From NCBI GenBank assembly GCA_963575745.1, contig CAUYUJ010000184.1, positions 62,001 to 117,093 of the forward strand: a stretch of 55,093 nucleotides of DNA, read 5' to 3'. A program made the translations under genes and the position numbers. Below are positions 20,648-32,792 of the stretch, in pieces. Position 1 is the first letter of the stretch, and the number at the start of each line of letters is the position of its first letter. Below the pieces are notes generated by a model. The model saw nothing but the letters and a program-made list of their open reading frames with translations, was not told the origin of the DNA and ran no database searches. The stretch comes from Prorocentrum cordatum. Its lineage: Eukaryota.

Positions 20648-21707
20648 ACTTGCGCACGCACGCATGCACGCGCAAAGACACGGACACAGACGCAAACGCA
20701 GACACAGACACAGACACAGACACAGAAATTGACACAGACACAGACACAGACACAGACACACACACACACACAAACACACACACACGCACACACGCACACA
20801 CGTACACAAACACACACGCATACTCGCACACACACACACACACAAACACACACAGACACACACACACACGCACACACACGCACACGCACACACGCAAACA
20901 CGCACACACGCACGCCCTCACGCACGCACGCACACACGCGCGCCCGCCCGCCCGTCCGCCCGCCGGCCCGCCCGCCCGCGAGCACGCACACGCACGCACA
21001 CACGCAGGCGCGCACGCCAGCCACGCACGCAAGCCACGCACGCAAGCCACGCGCACACGCACGCACGCACACGCACGCACACACGCACACGCATACGCAC
21101 ACGCACACGCGCACACACACAGACACCCACACAAACACACCCACAATTTAAGTTGGCGGCGCAGAGGGTCCTCAGCCGATGGACGTGCTAACTGCGATCG
21201 GGCGTCGCCGACGGCGCAGTGTACGAAGCGTCGCACAGTGTGCAGTGCAGGCCATGGGTGTGTTTGCTTGAGGAACTGTACGTCACACACATTCACACAC
21301 ATAAGCACACGCACACGCACACGCCCACGACCACGCCCACGCCCAAGCCCACGCCCACGCCCACGCCCACGCCCACGCCCACGCCCACACACACAAACAC
21401 AAACACACGCACGCGCACACGCACACGCACACGCACACGCACACGCACGCGCACGCGCACGCGCACGCGCACGCGCACGCGCACGCGCACGCGCACGCAC
21501 ACGCACACGCACACGCACACGCATACTCACCAGCACACGCGCACTCACGCGCACATGCACACATGCACGCACACGCACACGCACACACACAAACACACAC
21601 ACACACACACACACTTCCACACACCCTTACGCACACACTTGCACTTACACGCACACACGCACGCACACCCACACCCTCACCTTCACCCACACCCACACCC
21701 ACACCCA

Positions 21708-21739
<32 letters not shown>

Positions 21740-22770
21740 CACACGCACGCACGCACGCACGCACGAACGAACGAACGAATGCACGCACGCACGGATGTAC
21801 GCACGTACGCACGCACGCGCGCGCACGCGCGCACGCGCACACGCACACACGTACACAAGCACACACGCACACACGTACACATTTGCACACACGCACACAC
21901 GCACACACGCACACACGCACGCACACACGCACACACGCACACACACACGCGCGCGCACACGGGCACACGCGCACACGCACACGCACACACACACACACAC
22001 GCACACACGCACACGCACGCGCACACTCACACGCACCCACACACGCACACGCACACGTACGCTCACGCTCACGCGCTCACGCACGCGCACGCACACGCGC
22101 ACGCGCACACTCACACGCACACGCACACGCACACGCACCCGCGCGCACACACAGACACCCACACACACACAGTCACCCATACACATCCGCACACATCCAC
22201 ACACAAATACACGCACCCACACACCCACCCACACACACACACAGACACACGCACACCCACACCCACACACACATATATATATATATATATACACACACCC
22301 GCCAACGCACACGCACACGCACACGCACACGCACACGCACACGCACACGCACCTTCACACACACCCACGCACTCACGCATTCACGCGCACATGCGCGCAC
22401 ACACACACACACCCCTCACACACACATGCGCCCTCACATTCATTCACTCACACTCACATTCTCGCACACACACACGCTCACACACTGACGCACTCTCACA
22501 CTCGCACACCCACACACTCCTCACGTTCTCACACCCCTCACGTTCGTACACTCTCACACTCCCACCTCGCACTTTCGCACACACCTACACCCACACCCAC
22601 ACCCACACCCACACCCACACCCACACCCACACCCACACCCACACCCACACCCACCACGCACGCACGCACGCACGCACGCACTCACGCACAAGCGCGCAAG
22701 CGCGCGCGCGCGCGCCCGCGCACGCACGCACGCACGCACGCGCGCGCGCACGCACGCACGCACGTACACA
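20563..22770. repeat. Long degenerate (CA)n/(CGCA)n/(CACCCA)n simple repeat
   Basis: Direct observation. Confidence 0.95.
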
Positions 22771-24702
22771 CGAGCTCCTGCATAGAACATTAGAGGTGGA
22801 AGAACTGAGATATGTAATGGAGTAGTCAGGAAACGATATAGATAATGATATACGCTTTTCTTCATGGAGCTCGGAAGACAGAAACACACAAGTAGCGCTA
22901 CAGCGCGGAGGCCGACGACCCAGTGTCTATTTGGAAGTGCCGTCTTTCTTTTGCAGGCTCTGCGCCGGTTGTGCGAATTCATGTTTAGGCCAGGATGCAG
23001 CGGCACCGTTGCCTGCGGCGGCTCCGCTTTCTGGCGGCATGCGCGCAGGGGGTGGCGCGAGGGGGTGGCGTACTGAACAGGGCGGTCGGCCTCTCATACA
23101 GTCCAGACGCTAAACTAAGGATTGCTTTGGGTTCGGAAGGGGCTCGATTGTCCTTAGGTCCTTCCATGGCTGTTCCTCCGGCCCCCTCGTGCACGAAGGC
23201 GCTTGCGGGGTCAAGAAGAATATTCGTTCCTTACCTATCGTTCTTTATCCGTAATGGCTTCGCCCCCTGTCGCCGGCCCCCTCTCTATCAACATGGGATA
23301 CCTCAGAGTCGCGTCGGTGCGTCTCGGTGCTGCTTTGGCGCATCTGGGAACATCATGCGAGGGCGGATCATAATCATCAACGCATCTTGAGACGTTGGGG
23401 TTATCTAAGACGCCTACGGCGAACCACCGCCGCTCCCTGCCTTTTTGGAAGCGCCTATGTGGCCGAACGTTGAGGCCACTATCGGACCATGTGTTCCCCG
23501 AATCGGTTTGGAAAGCCTTCGGGGAACACGAGGGCATCTTGAAAGTCATCTTGGCCGTCTGGAGGCCATTTTGACCCTTTCGGGCCTTCTTAAAGGACGC
23601 CTTGGAGAGCTCTTGGGCCGTCTTGGAGTCCATCTTCAGCGTCTTGGAGGCCTCTTGGGCCGTCTTGGGGGCCTCTTGGGGCCGTCATGGGCCTCTTTGG
23701 CGATCTCTGGGGGCACTTGGGCCGTCTCGGGCCGTCGGAAGGCAGAAAAAATGCAGTTGCCACAATCTTTCAAAAACTTATGGGAAATCAGCGATTTTGG
23801 TCTTTTCGGCCCTTCCTGGAGGCCCTATTGGAAGGTTCTTGGGCCGTCTTGGGCCATCTTTGGGCCATCTTCGGCCGTTTTGGTGTGCTCCCGGCCCGTC
23901 TGACGCAGTCGGAAGCCGTTTGGGGGGCCCCTCTGGGCCGACTTGGGGCCCTCTTGGAATGCTCCAGAGCCGTCTTGGAGGCCATCTTGGGCGGCTTAAA
24001 AGCCTCCTGGGCCGTCTTGGGGGCCTGTTGGGGGCCTCTTTGGCCGTTCTGGGGCGCCCCCATGAATTTAGAGAACGCGACCCGGGCGTGGCAACCGGGT
24101 CGTTTGGGGCTCCCCCCCCTCTTCGCGCGAACTTCAACAATTTACAGTAGGAAGCAGACAGCAGGACTGTAACATTGCAGACTTGAGACTGCAGCTGGTG
24201 CACGGAGCAGCAGCACTTCGGCCTACAGCCTGGTGGCCCCACAAGGGGCCCGCGGATTTCAACAGCCCGACTGCAATGCGGAAGCCTTCTAAGAAGGGCA
24301 CACGGGTTTCGAAGAAGCCCCCGTGCCTTCTTGGAAGCCCTCCAGGCTTCTTACAGGGCCACCCCCCTCGCGCCTCCCACCTACGGTGCGCGCCGCCAAC
24401 TCTTGCCAGCAAGCCAGTAGGGATTGCTCTTGTCTTCCTTTCTACAGTCTACCGACGTCCAGTGTGATTTCTCCAGTCGGCTTCAATAGACGGCTGCGGG
24501 ACATTCTGAGGACGATCCGCTGTGACCTTCCGGAATGCGCCAAGCGCGGTGGAGACAGGAGGAGGACGAGGAGGAGGAGGAGGAGGAGCAGGAGCAGGAG
24601 CAGGAGCAGCACCAGCAGCAGAAGGATGCAGGAAGGGCATTCTTGGAGTTATCACAACGCGTCGTGGCATCAGGGGAGGGAAATGGGGAAAACGAAAACG
24701 AG

Positions 24703-24925
24703 TGATGACGACGATGACGATGGCGATGATGTGATGGTGATGATGGTGACGACGACGACGACGATGACGATTACGATTACGATGAACATGACAGTGATCG
24801 TGTCAGCGGTAGTGATGGTGATGATGATTACGATGATAATAACGATGGTGATGGTGATGGTGATGATGAGGAAGATACTGATGTGCTGATGCTGCTTCTG
24901 CTACTGATGAGGATGATGGTAATGA
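24703..24925. repeat. (GAT/GAC/GGT)n trinucleotide repeat
   Basis: Direct observation. Confidence 0.9.
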
Positions 24926-26091
24926 CATGCATGCAAGGAACGAGCGGACAAGGAGAAGGGAGTAGGGAGGGGGGATACGGGAGGAGGGATGAAGAGGCTC
25001 AGTGGTTTGGGCTCATACATATTTCATGAATTTGACCGTCTTCACTTGGAGTAGTCTGGAGGAGGGTATCCTCGTTTGGCCGTGTATCATGATGACGTGG
25101 CCGGGCAGGGGTCTGGGAGAATCGTGCAAGTGTCTTGAAGAAGTTGTCAGGTAGCCTGCCCGGGAACGTACACATGGTTATAGGTCTCATCATTTATGTC
25201 TCAGGTGAGCCTCGACAGCGGGGAAACTGTCGAGGCTTGTTCTCGTCTGGTGCACGAGAATGGCGGTATCAGTGTCCGTGGTGTTCTGTTGGGGGGCTAT
25301 CGGGCAGGTCCACTGTTCGACCGCGTCGGTGTCCTCAACGCCCATGCTCTCCTGTCTCCTCTCCAAGGCCATGCCCACAAAACGCTCCCAGAGCAACAAC
25401 GTGCAAATTCGCAGGGAAACGTGCGAATTCTATTTAAACGCATTGTCTTGAACCCAACGACAACAACGTTTAGTAGTCACGGCAATTGGTGCGAACACAG
25501 CTCTGCGCAGGAATATTGATGGTTCCATTGGAGCCTCTCTTCTCCCCCTGCTCCGCAGCCCCACGCTGAAACAACGGCAGTTGATCTTATCATGCAACTG
25601 TGGCACACTTCTATACTAGGGACTCGAACTCTTTCGATCGGAGTTTGGATCGCCCAGATCCATGGACGTGTGGTTCCAGACGGAGGCCAGAATCGAAGAA
25701 ACAGCGCCATAAGCATTAACTTTTGGCGCTCCGCGCGGATTTCTTGGATCCGCGCCCAGCGGCGCCGCCGGCGCCGCCCCTGGCAGCGCCAGCGGCAGAC
25801 ACAGACACAGGCACAGGCACAGGCACAGGCACAGACACAGACACAGACACAGACACGGACACAGACATAGACACAGATACAGACACGGACACAGACACGG
25901 ACACAGACACAGATAGACACAAACACAGACACAGACACAGTCACGGACACAGGCACAGGCATAGGCACAGGCACAGGCACAGGCGCAGGCACAGGCACAG
26001 GCACAGACACAGACACAGACACAGACACAGGCACAGACACAGACACATATACAGACACGGACACAGACACGGACACAGACACAGACAGACA

Positions 26092-26113
26092 TCCGTAGCC
26101 ATTTTGGCTCAAG
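26092..26113 (+). other. Complete dinoflagellate spliced leader (DinoSL) sequence
   Basis: TCCGTAGCCATTTTGGCTCAAG matches DCCGTAGCCATTTTGGCTCAAG exactly. Confidence 0.95.
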
Positions 26114-27800
26114 GGAGCGGGCTCACGGGATGCCCTCACGCGCGCGCCCTGGCGGGGCGCCCGGGGCGCGTGCAAGCGGCATGGAAGCGAGGCGCTGGGC
26201 AGCGTCCAGCGCGCGGACCCTGGCGAGGCGCCTCCGCCGCCAGCGGCGGGAGGAGCTTGGGGGCACGCGCGCGTCGGCGCTGGCTCACCGCGTGCAGGCG
26301 CTCAGGGTCGCCCTTGCCGTGCACTGGCAGCTGGGCGACGCGCTGGGCTGTCACTTCCCCACGATGGCGGAGACGCTCCAGGCGGCTCGGGTTGTGGGGC
26401 TGCCGCAGGAGTGCCTTCAGACCGCGGAGGAGGCCCTGGGCGCTGGCAACTGGGCGCGGCACGCGGGGCCGCCCAATGCTGCCAGGCGCCCGCTCCCATG
26501 CCGTCGGGGACGAGCGCAGCCTTCCTGTAGAAGGTCCTCAAGGTGCAGTCCTTCCCGCTGAACGCCGACGCGGTGCCGTACAGCTGCTGAGCGCCAGGGG
26601 ACTAGAGCAGGGCCGTGCAGGAGGGCCACTGCGAGGAGGACGACGAGGAAGCAGCCGTGGAGGAGGGCGCCGTGCAGGTGTACACCAAGAGCGACGTGGG
26701 CATCCAGTGCGTGGACGCGGAGCAGGCCGCCGTGAAGGTGGCCAAGGCCGACGTCGGCGCAGAACAGGCGGGCAAGCTCATGATCGACGGGGGCTGCTCT
26801 GGAGCCAGCTTGGCCGAGGGCACGGGCGAGGCCGGTTCGCCGGCATACACCGTCTGCGACTCGGAGGCAGGCTTGGAGGGCGGCTTCGAGGAGATGAGCG
26901 ACGAGAAGGAGGCGGGTGTGGCCATGCAGCGGAGGGGGTGGGCCGCCAGGGCCAGAATCTCTCGGGCGTGGCTGGGCACGAAGGCCCCGGAGAGCAAAAA
27001 CATGGCGGAGCTCGAGGCGCAGGGCGTTGAGGGCTCCGCGGGGTCCGAAGGCAATGGCATCGACGCGCAGAGGGTGCGGTGCTTGCTGACGGGCAAGGAG
27101 CACCTGGCGGAGCTCGAGGCGCAGGGCGTCGAGGGCTTCGCGGCGTCCGAAGGCAAGGGCATCTACACGCAGGAGGTGCGGCGCTTGCTGACGGGCAAGG
27201 AGATGAGCGACGTGAATGAGGCGGGCGTGGCCATGCAGCGCGGGTGGTGGGCCGCCAGGGCCAGGATCTCTCGGGCCTGGCTGGGCACGAAGGCCTTGGG
27301 TGGCAAAAACATGGCGGAGCTAGAGGCGCAGTGCGTTGAGGGCTTCGCGGCGTCCGAAGGTAAGGGCATCGACGCGCTGGAGGCGCGGTGCTTGCTGGCG
27401 GGCATGGTGAGTGAGTGAGTGAGTTAGGCGTGCGGTTGCATCATTTGTATATCTGTCTCGCCTCGGTGGGGGGGCCCTCTGCGGCCCCCGCGGCGAGAGG
27501 AGGCCCTGGGCGGCCCCTCTCGGGCGTGCAAGCATGTTTGGGGCGTCGCCCGTCGCGTGTCTGCACGGTTGTATATATTCCAGCGCTTCGCGCTGATGCC
27601 CCTCGACGGGGGTCTGAGCTGACAGGCCGAGCGGTGCCTCGGGGCCGATGTGCCCTGGTGGCAGCCTTCTGCGGCTCGTCTGGGCTCTCGGGATCCCTTG
27701 TGGCCCGCCCCCTGTCTTGGGATGGCCCCTTGGGGCTTGGGCCCCTCAGTGGGGCCTGGGCCCTTTGTGGGCTTTTTTAGCCTTTATAGGCCCCGCGCTA
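26092..27800 (+). pseudogene. SL-headed retrocopy of an unknown transcript (ORFs 26130-26561 and 26615-27418, internal 309-bp-period duplication)
   Basis: Begins with the full SL, ATG at 26130, no apparent introns, embedded in a microsatellite; repeat 26891-27100 vs 27200-27410. Confidence 0.65.
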
Positions 27801-28170
27801 ACAGACACAAACAGACACAAACTCAGACACAGACGCAGTCTCGGACACAGACAAGACACAGGCACAGGCACAGACACAGGCACAGACACAGGCACAGTCA
27901 CAGGCACGGGCGCAGGCGCAGGCGAAGACGCAGACACGGACACAGACACAGGCACAGGCGCAGGCACAGGCAAAGGCACAGGCGCAGGCACAGGCACGGA
28001 CACAGACACAGACACAGGCGCAGACATAGACACGGACACAGACACAGACACGGACACGGACACAGACACGGACGCAGACACAGACACGGACACAGACACA
28101 GGCACAGACACAGACACAGACACGGACACAGGCGCAGACACAGACACAGGCACAGGCACAGGCAAAGGCG

Positions 28171-28207
<37 letters not shown>

Positions 28208-29733
28208 AGTCCAGTCAATCGTTCGCTTGTCGTTCGCTCGTTCAGTCAATCCCACGAGGATGCATTGCTTCAGAGCGTTCCACAGCGCTCTCAGAGCGTT
28301 CCAGGAAGCTCTTGCGCGGCCGTGGCGTCCGGTACTCTACCTCCGCCAGGCCCGCCGGCTCTCAGAGGTTCCCGCTGTGCCGTCATTCAGATTGATCACC
28401 GTCCTGCTCTTGTCTTTGCTCCGCCCCGCTGTAACGTCATCCAGATTGATGTGGCGCCCCGCCGGTGCGCAGGCGATGACGGTCCCCGAGCCCGTCACGC
28501 CCAGCGCGGCGCCCTGAAGCGGAGGGGGTCCTGCCGCGCCCCGCTCCGCCGCTGCGAGCCCGACCCTCCCTCGCGCGGGCTGGGGGGCACCGAGGGCCCA
28601 GATCTGCGACCACCTGCGAACCCAGACCCCTCCTCCTCCTCCTCCTGCTCCTCCTCCTCCTCCTCCTCCTCGTCGTCCTCCTCCTCCCCCTCGAGTAGGG
28701 CACGGAGGGCCCAGATCTATGACCCCGCGTGTCCAATGGACGCGGGGGTATCGGACACCCCCGCCGCTGGGGCTCACCCAGCTGCCGATGCCCTTCGAGT
28801 CGTGTTCTGTGTTCCTCGGACGTCTTACCTCCCCGGGTAGGGTGCACGCAGGTTGCTTGTGCCAGACCCCTTGGGTGTCGAGGACGAAAATCACGGCATT
28901 CGTCAGAAACAAATCGGCCTTGGGGAACCGTTTCTGGGCCTTGGTCCAATCTATGCGGGGTGGAGGCGGCGCAGAGGGAAGAGGCAGTGTGAGAGGAGGG
29001 AGGAGGTGGAGGATGAGTAGGGCAGTGATGACGACGACGGCAACGAGCGCGAACGTTATCATTTGTACGAGCAGGAGAGCGAAGACGAGGCGGAGACGGG
29101 GGAAGAAGGCCTCGGATGGACCCTTACCGGGAGCAGCCTCCTCCTTTTCCTCCTCCTTCTCCTCCTCCTCCTCCTCCTCCTTCGTTCCCACTCCCCCCTG
29201 CGCTTGCGTACCCTTCCCCTCGCCATTCCCTTTCGTTCCCGCTCCCCCTTGACTTTCTCACCTCTCCCCTCGCCCCTTCCTTCTCGCTCCCACTCCCCCA
29301 TGTCGTTCTGGCGCTCGCTCCTCCTCCTCCCCTCCTCCTCCTCTCCTCCCCTCTCCCCTCCACTCCTCCTCCTCCTCCTCCTCCTCCTCTCCTCCTCCTC
29401 CTCCTCCTCCTCCTCCTCCTCCTCCTCCTCCTCTCCTCCTCCTCCTCCTCCTCCTCCTCCTCCTACCCTCCTCTCTCCCTCCTCCTCCTCCCCTCCTCCT
29501 CCTCCTCCTCCTTCCTCTCCTCCTCCTCCTCCTCCTCCTCCTCCTCCTCCTCCTCCTCCTCCTCCTCCTCCTCCTCCTCCTCCTCCTCCTCCTCCCCTCC
29601 TCCTCCTCCCCTCCCCCCCTCCCCTTCCCCCTCCCCTCCTCCTCCCCCTCCCCCTCCTCCCCCCCCCGCTTTGCCCTCGTCCTCGCCTCCTCGGCCTCGC
29701 GCGCCGAGGCCCGGCCGCGGGAGTCGTTGCCTG

Positions 29734-29985
29734 ACTTAAAGGGTAGCTCTTTGGGAGATGTTGCAATATCGGGAGCATAGCTCGCGCGCCGTTGCCTTTG
29801 GCCCAAGGCACGCGCGCCCTATTTGCCCGGACACCGCGAGTGTTCGCTATGTGCTGGAAAGATCATTACATCGATCTTATCCTATCTTATCCGTCCACCC
29901 CTCATACTGTACCTTCACAGCAGAGCGATGGACGCAATTTGCCAGGCTATATGCCATATTTGAGCTACCAGGCTCACTTTCGACT
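29734..29985 (+). repeat. 5' LTR
   Basis: 4 mismatches vs 45446-45697 (~98.4% identity). Confidence 0.95.
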
Positions 29986-29997
29986 TGGTAGCGGAGC
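29986..29997 (+). promoter_or_regulatory. Primer-binding site, initiator tRNA-Met type
   Basis: TGGTAGCGGAGC immediately after the LTR; implies a tRNA 3' end GCUCCGCU-A-CCA, consistent with A1:U72 and close to the canonical TGGTAGCAGAG iMet PBS. Confidence 0.75.
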
Positions 29998-30391
29998 TGG
30001 CCGCACTCTCGTGTGGTCAGCTCTTGCTCTTCTTAGCCTCATATTCTTCGGCACGATCTTCGTGACTACCTACCACCCTGCGCCACCACTCCCAGTACGT
30101 TTACGAGGATCTATCCAAGAGCAAGAAGCAACACGAGAGGTACGACGTCTAGACGACCAGACTGGTACCATATACGCTTCATCATTGCGTTACCACCAAC
30201 CGCTCGGCAACGAGCTAACAGCGCAATACTTGAAGCAGGGGCGGGGAGACCCGCCAGACAGAGCGCCTCGAAGACTCGACAAGGCGCTACCCCAGCGCGA
30301 CAACGCGCATCATAACCGTCCTTCGTTACACATTCTCGGGCTAGTCGTTTTCGCTATTATATGGTTCGCGCTGGGGGCAGCAATCGGACAC

Positions 30392-31705
30392 ATGCGTCGT
30401 GGAGAAAACAGCACCGATGGGCAAACACATGGCCCATATTGGGACCCTCAAGGTAATGTGCCTTTTCGTGAGTAATCTACGAGGTCAACGCATGGCTCAA
30501 CGTTACAAGCGGACGTATGACGCCACAGGCCCAAGCGGCCGCAATACAACGCGGCCTGGGTGGCCTAGCGAGGACACTCGCCATGAGGGTACCGGCTGAC
30601 ATTATAAACTATGGTGCTGACATCGATGGGGTCCACACAGACCCAGTGACCTACATCATGTTTCTCCTAAGCATGAAGTTCGAACGCCTGGAAGATGAGC
30701 GACAGCTCAATTCCGGCACACAACTCATCGACTTCCACGTGCCTCACGGGGAACGAATCGATGTCACCCTTACCCGATTCGAAATGGCCCGGCTTGAGGC
30801 ACAATCGGTGGGATTCGACCTTCCCAACTTCCAACTGCTAACCACTATCTTATTCCGCGCCTTAGGCGTCGGCAACCAGCGAGCCACGCAACTCTTACAG
30901 CCACTCAATCACCAAATGCCCCGAACACAACAACAGTATGATGAGTTGCTGGAGAGGATGCGTTCGATAGGCCACCTATCCGAACGGTCTCCTGGTAACA
31001 TAGGATCTGTGTTTGGAAGGGGAAGGGGATCTGGTAGTGGAAATTTCTACACTACCTTGACTACTGAAGCCCAGCCTGGAAACGGGCCCTCAAGCATATG
31101 GGCCGATGACCCAGGAGAATCCACTGCGTTATTAGCAGGGGATCGATCACAACCAAGCTGGGCAACCAGCCCTCCTTCTAGAGAACCACAACCACACCGT
31201 TCTTTATGGGGGGAATCAAACCCCCTAACCGACGGTGTATCCACCTACTTGGGAGACGAGGATTTCGACTCCGGCACCGATACAGACACTATATCATCAG
31301 ATGGTGTTGAAGCTTTAGATTGGTCAGATATTATGAATATGGATAACGACAATCAGCGTGCTGAGCATTTATTCTGGTTATTACAACAGGCTAAACGAAG
31401 GTGGAGGAGGTTCACACGAAAACCAGTGCGTCGTGTTAGAAGGAGGATACGTAGAAGTTTTAAAGGAAAGGGTAAAGGTAAGCGAGGTCGTCGGAGGTTG
31501 AACGGACGAGGTATCGCGGCATTTCTCCAGAGGCTCTCAGATGAACAACATGATGAGATATTCTTTGGGGGAAAAGGCCGTAGTACGGGCCGTGGAGAGA
31601 CCTCAGGAAAAAGGCAAAGGAAGGCGGGGAAACCCGCGAGGTAGAGACGGCCAGGTTCTCAAATGCCATGAATGTGGTAGTTCCGATCATCTTGTGCGAG
31701 ATTGT
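30392..31705 (+). pseudogene. gag with CCHC zinc knuckle, frameshifted
   Basis: PYWDPQGNVPFRE / IYEVNAWLNVT..QAAAIQRGLGGLAR can be rejoined across a 1-nt loss at ~30475; second frameshift ~31590-31640; CHECGSSDHLVRDC at 31664-31705. Confidence 0.8.
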
Positions 31706-32792
31706 CCAGTGAAGGGAAATGGAAAGGGCAGGTCGACGGAAGTCCATTTTGGCTCAAGTGAACCATCCATTGAGTATCTGAGCCTCCAGGACTTTGAGGC
31801 TATGGAGCAGATATTTTTCACTTGGGTTGTTGGCATGGACAACGTCGACGAGCTCGAGGGGTATGGTCATGGATTGTACGCGTACTACCTCGAGTACGTC
31901 CGCCGGTTCGTTACGGGCAGTAACGAGCTCACTCCCGTGGAACACGGTACGCTGGGAAACCACCCTCTTCTTTTCTTCGACTGGATGTTCGGGAACCCAG
32001 GCAACATCATGGCCTACGAGAGTGACGACGAGGACACCACTATAGAGGCTTCGCCTTCCGAGGTTCAACGGAACCTCGAACCTCCGCCTGAAATCCCGCC
32101 TGGAAACAGGCCGTCTTTGATGGGAGAATATCCCCAGACCACTGAAGACTTAATTGAAATGGAGTCTCAGGCATTTGTTCGGGCCTTCATTGCAGGCGGA
32201 CCAGATACTCTGTTCATACCTCCTGGTTCGCTTGCTCCAGGCGAATATGGACCGCGCACCCTTTTGCAGACCCTCATGAGGATGCATGAGATACTTGTTA
32301 CTGGTTATCCTGAGAGTCAATAACATATCGAAGCTGACATTATGACAGAACAGGATACTGATGCTTGCGGTAGCTCAGAGCTGTTGTTGGCAGCTCTGAC
32401 TCTCATTGACAGCGTGCATCCTCAGGACGTGCAGAGACGCTTGATATGCTCCCGTGGTAGATGGCGTAATGCTCTAGAAATGGCTATTGCTATGCGCGGT
32501 CATGATCTTCCTCCGCCAGGATGGGGTCTCCAGGCGGTGGGAATGAGGCCAAACCATACGGCCATGCGCAACATTGCTGGGCAGCCTGTGCTCGGCAACG
32601 AGCCTGAGCCGACAACAGTGCCTCCTACACCGGGACAGCCGAGCGACGCACAGACGCCGGCTATGCAGGGAAACCTGCCTGTATCAGATACGCCAATGGC
32701 CATCATCATTGGTAGTTCGACATCAGAAGAAGTAGAAGGCGATGGTTGCGGGTTAGATGAGGATGACGTCACCATCCTCATGATGGACGTGA

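Larger units (their letters stand above)
25797..28207. repeat. (GACACA/GGCACA)n hexanucleotide satellite split by a ~1.7-kb insertion
   Basis: Same hexamer repeat at 25797-26090 and 27801-28207. Confidence 0.9.

Noticed and set aside
20290..22825. ORFs of 420-732 aa rich in His/Thr/Arg
   Set aside because: Entirely (CA)n-type simple repeat.
23445..24242. Leu/Gly-rich ORFs resembling LRR or pentapeptide proteins
   Set aside because: Translations of the degenerate 11-bp satellite.
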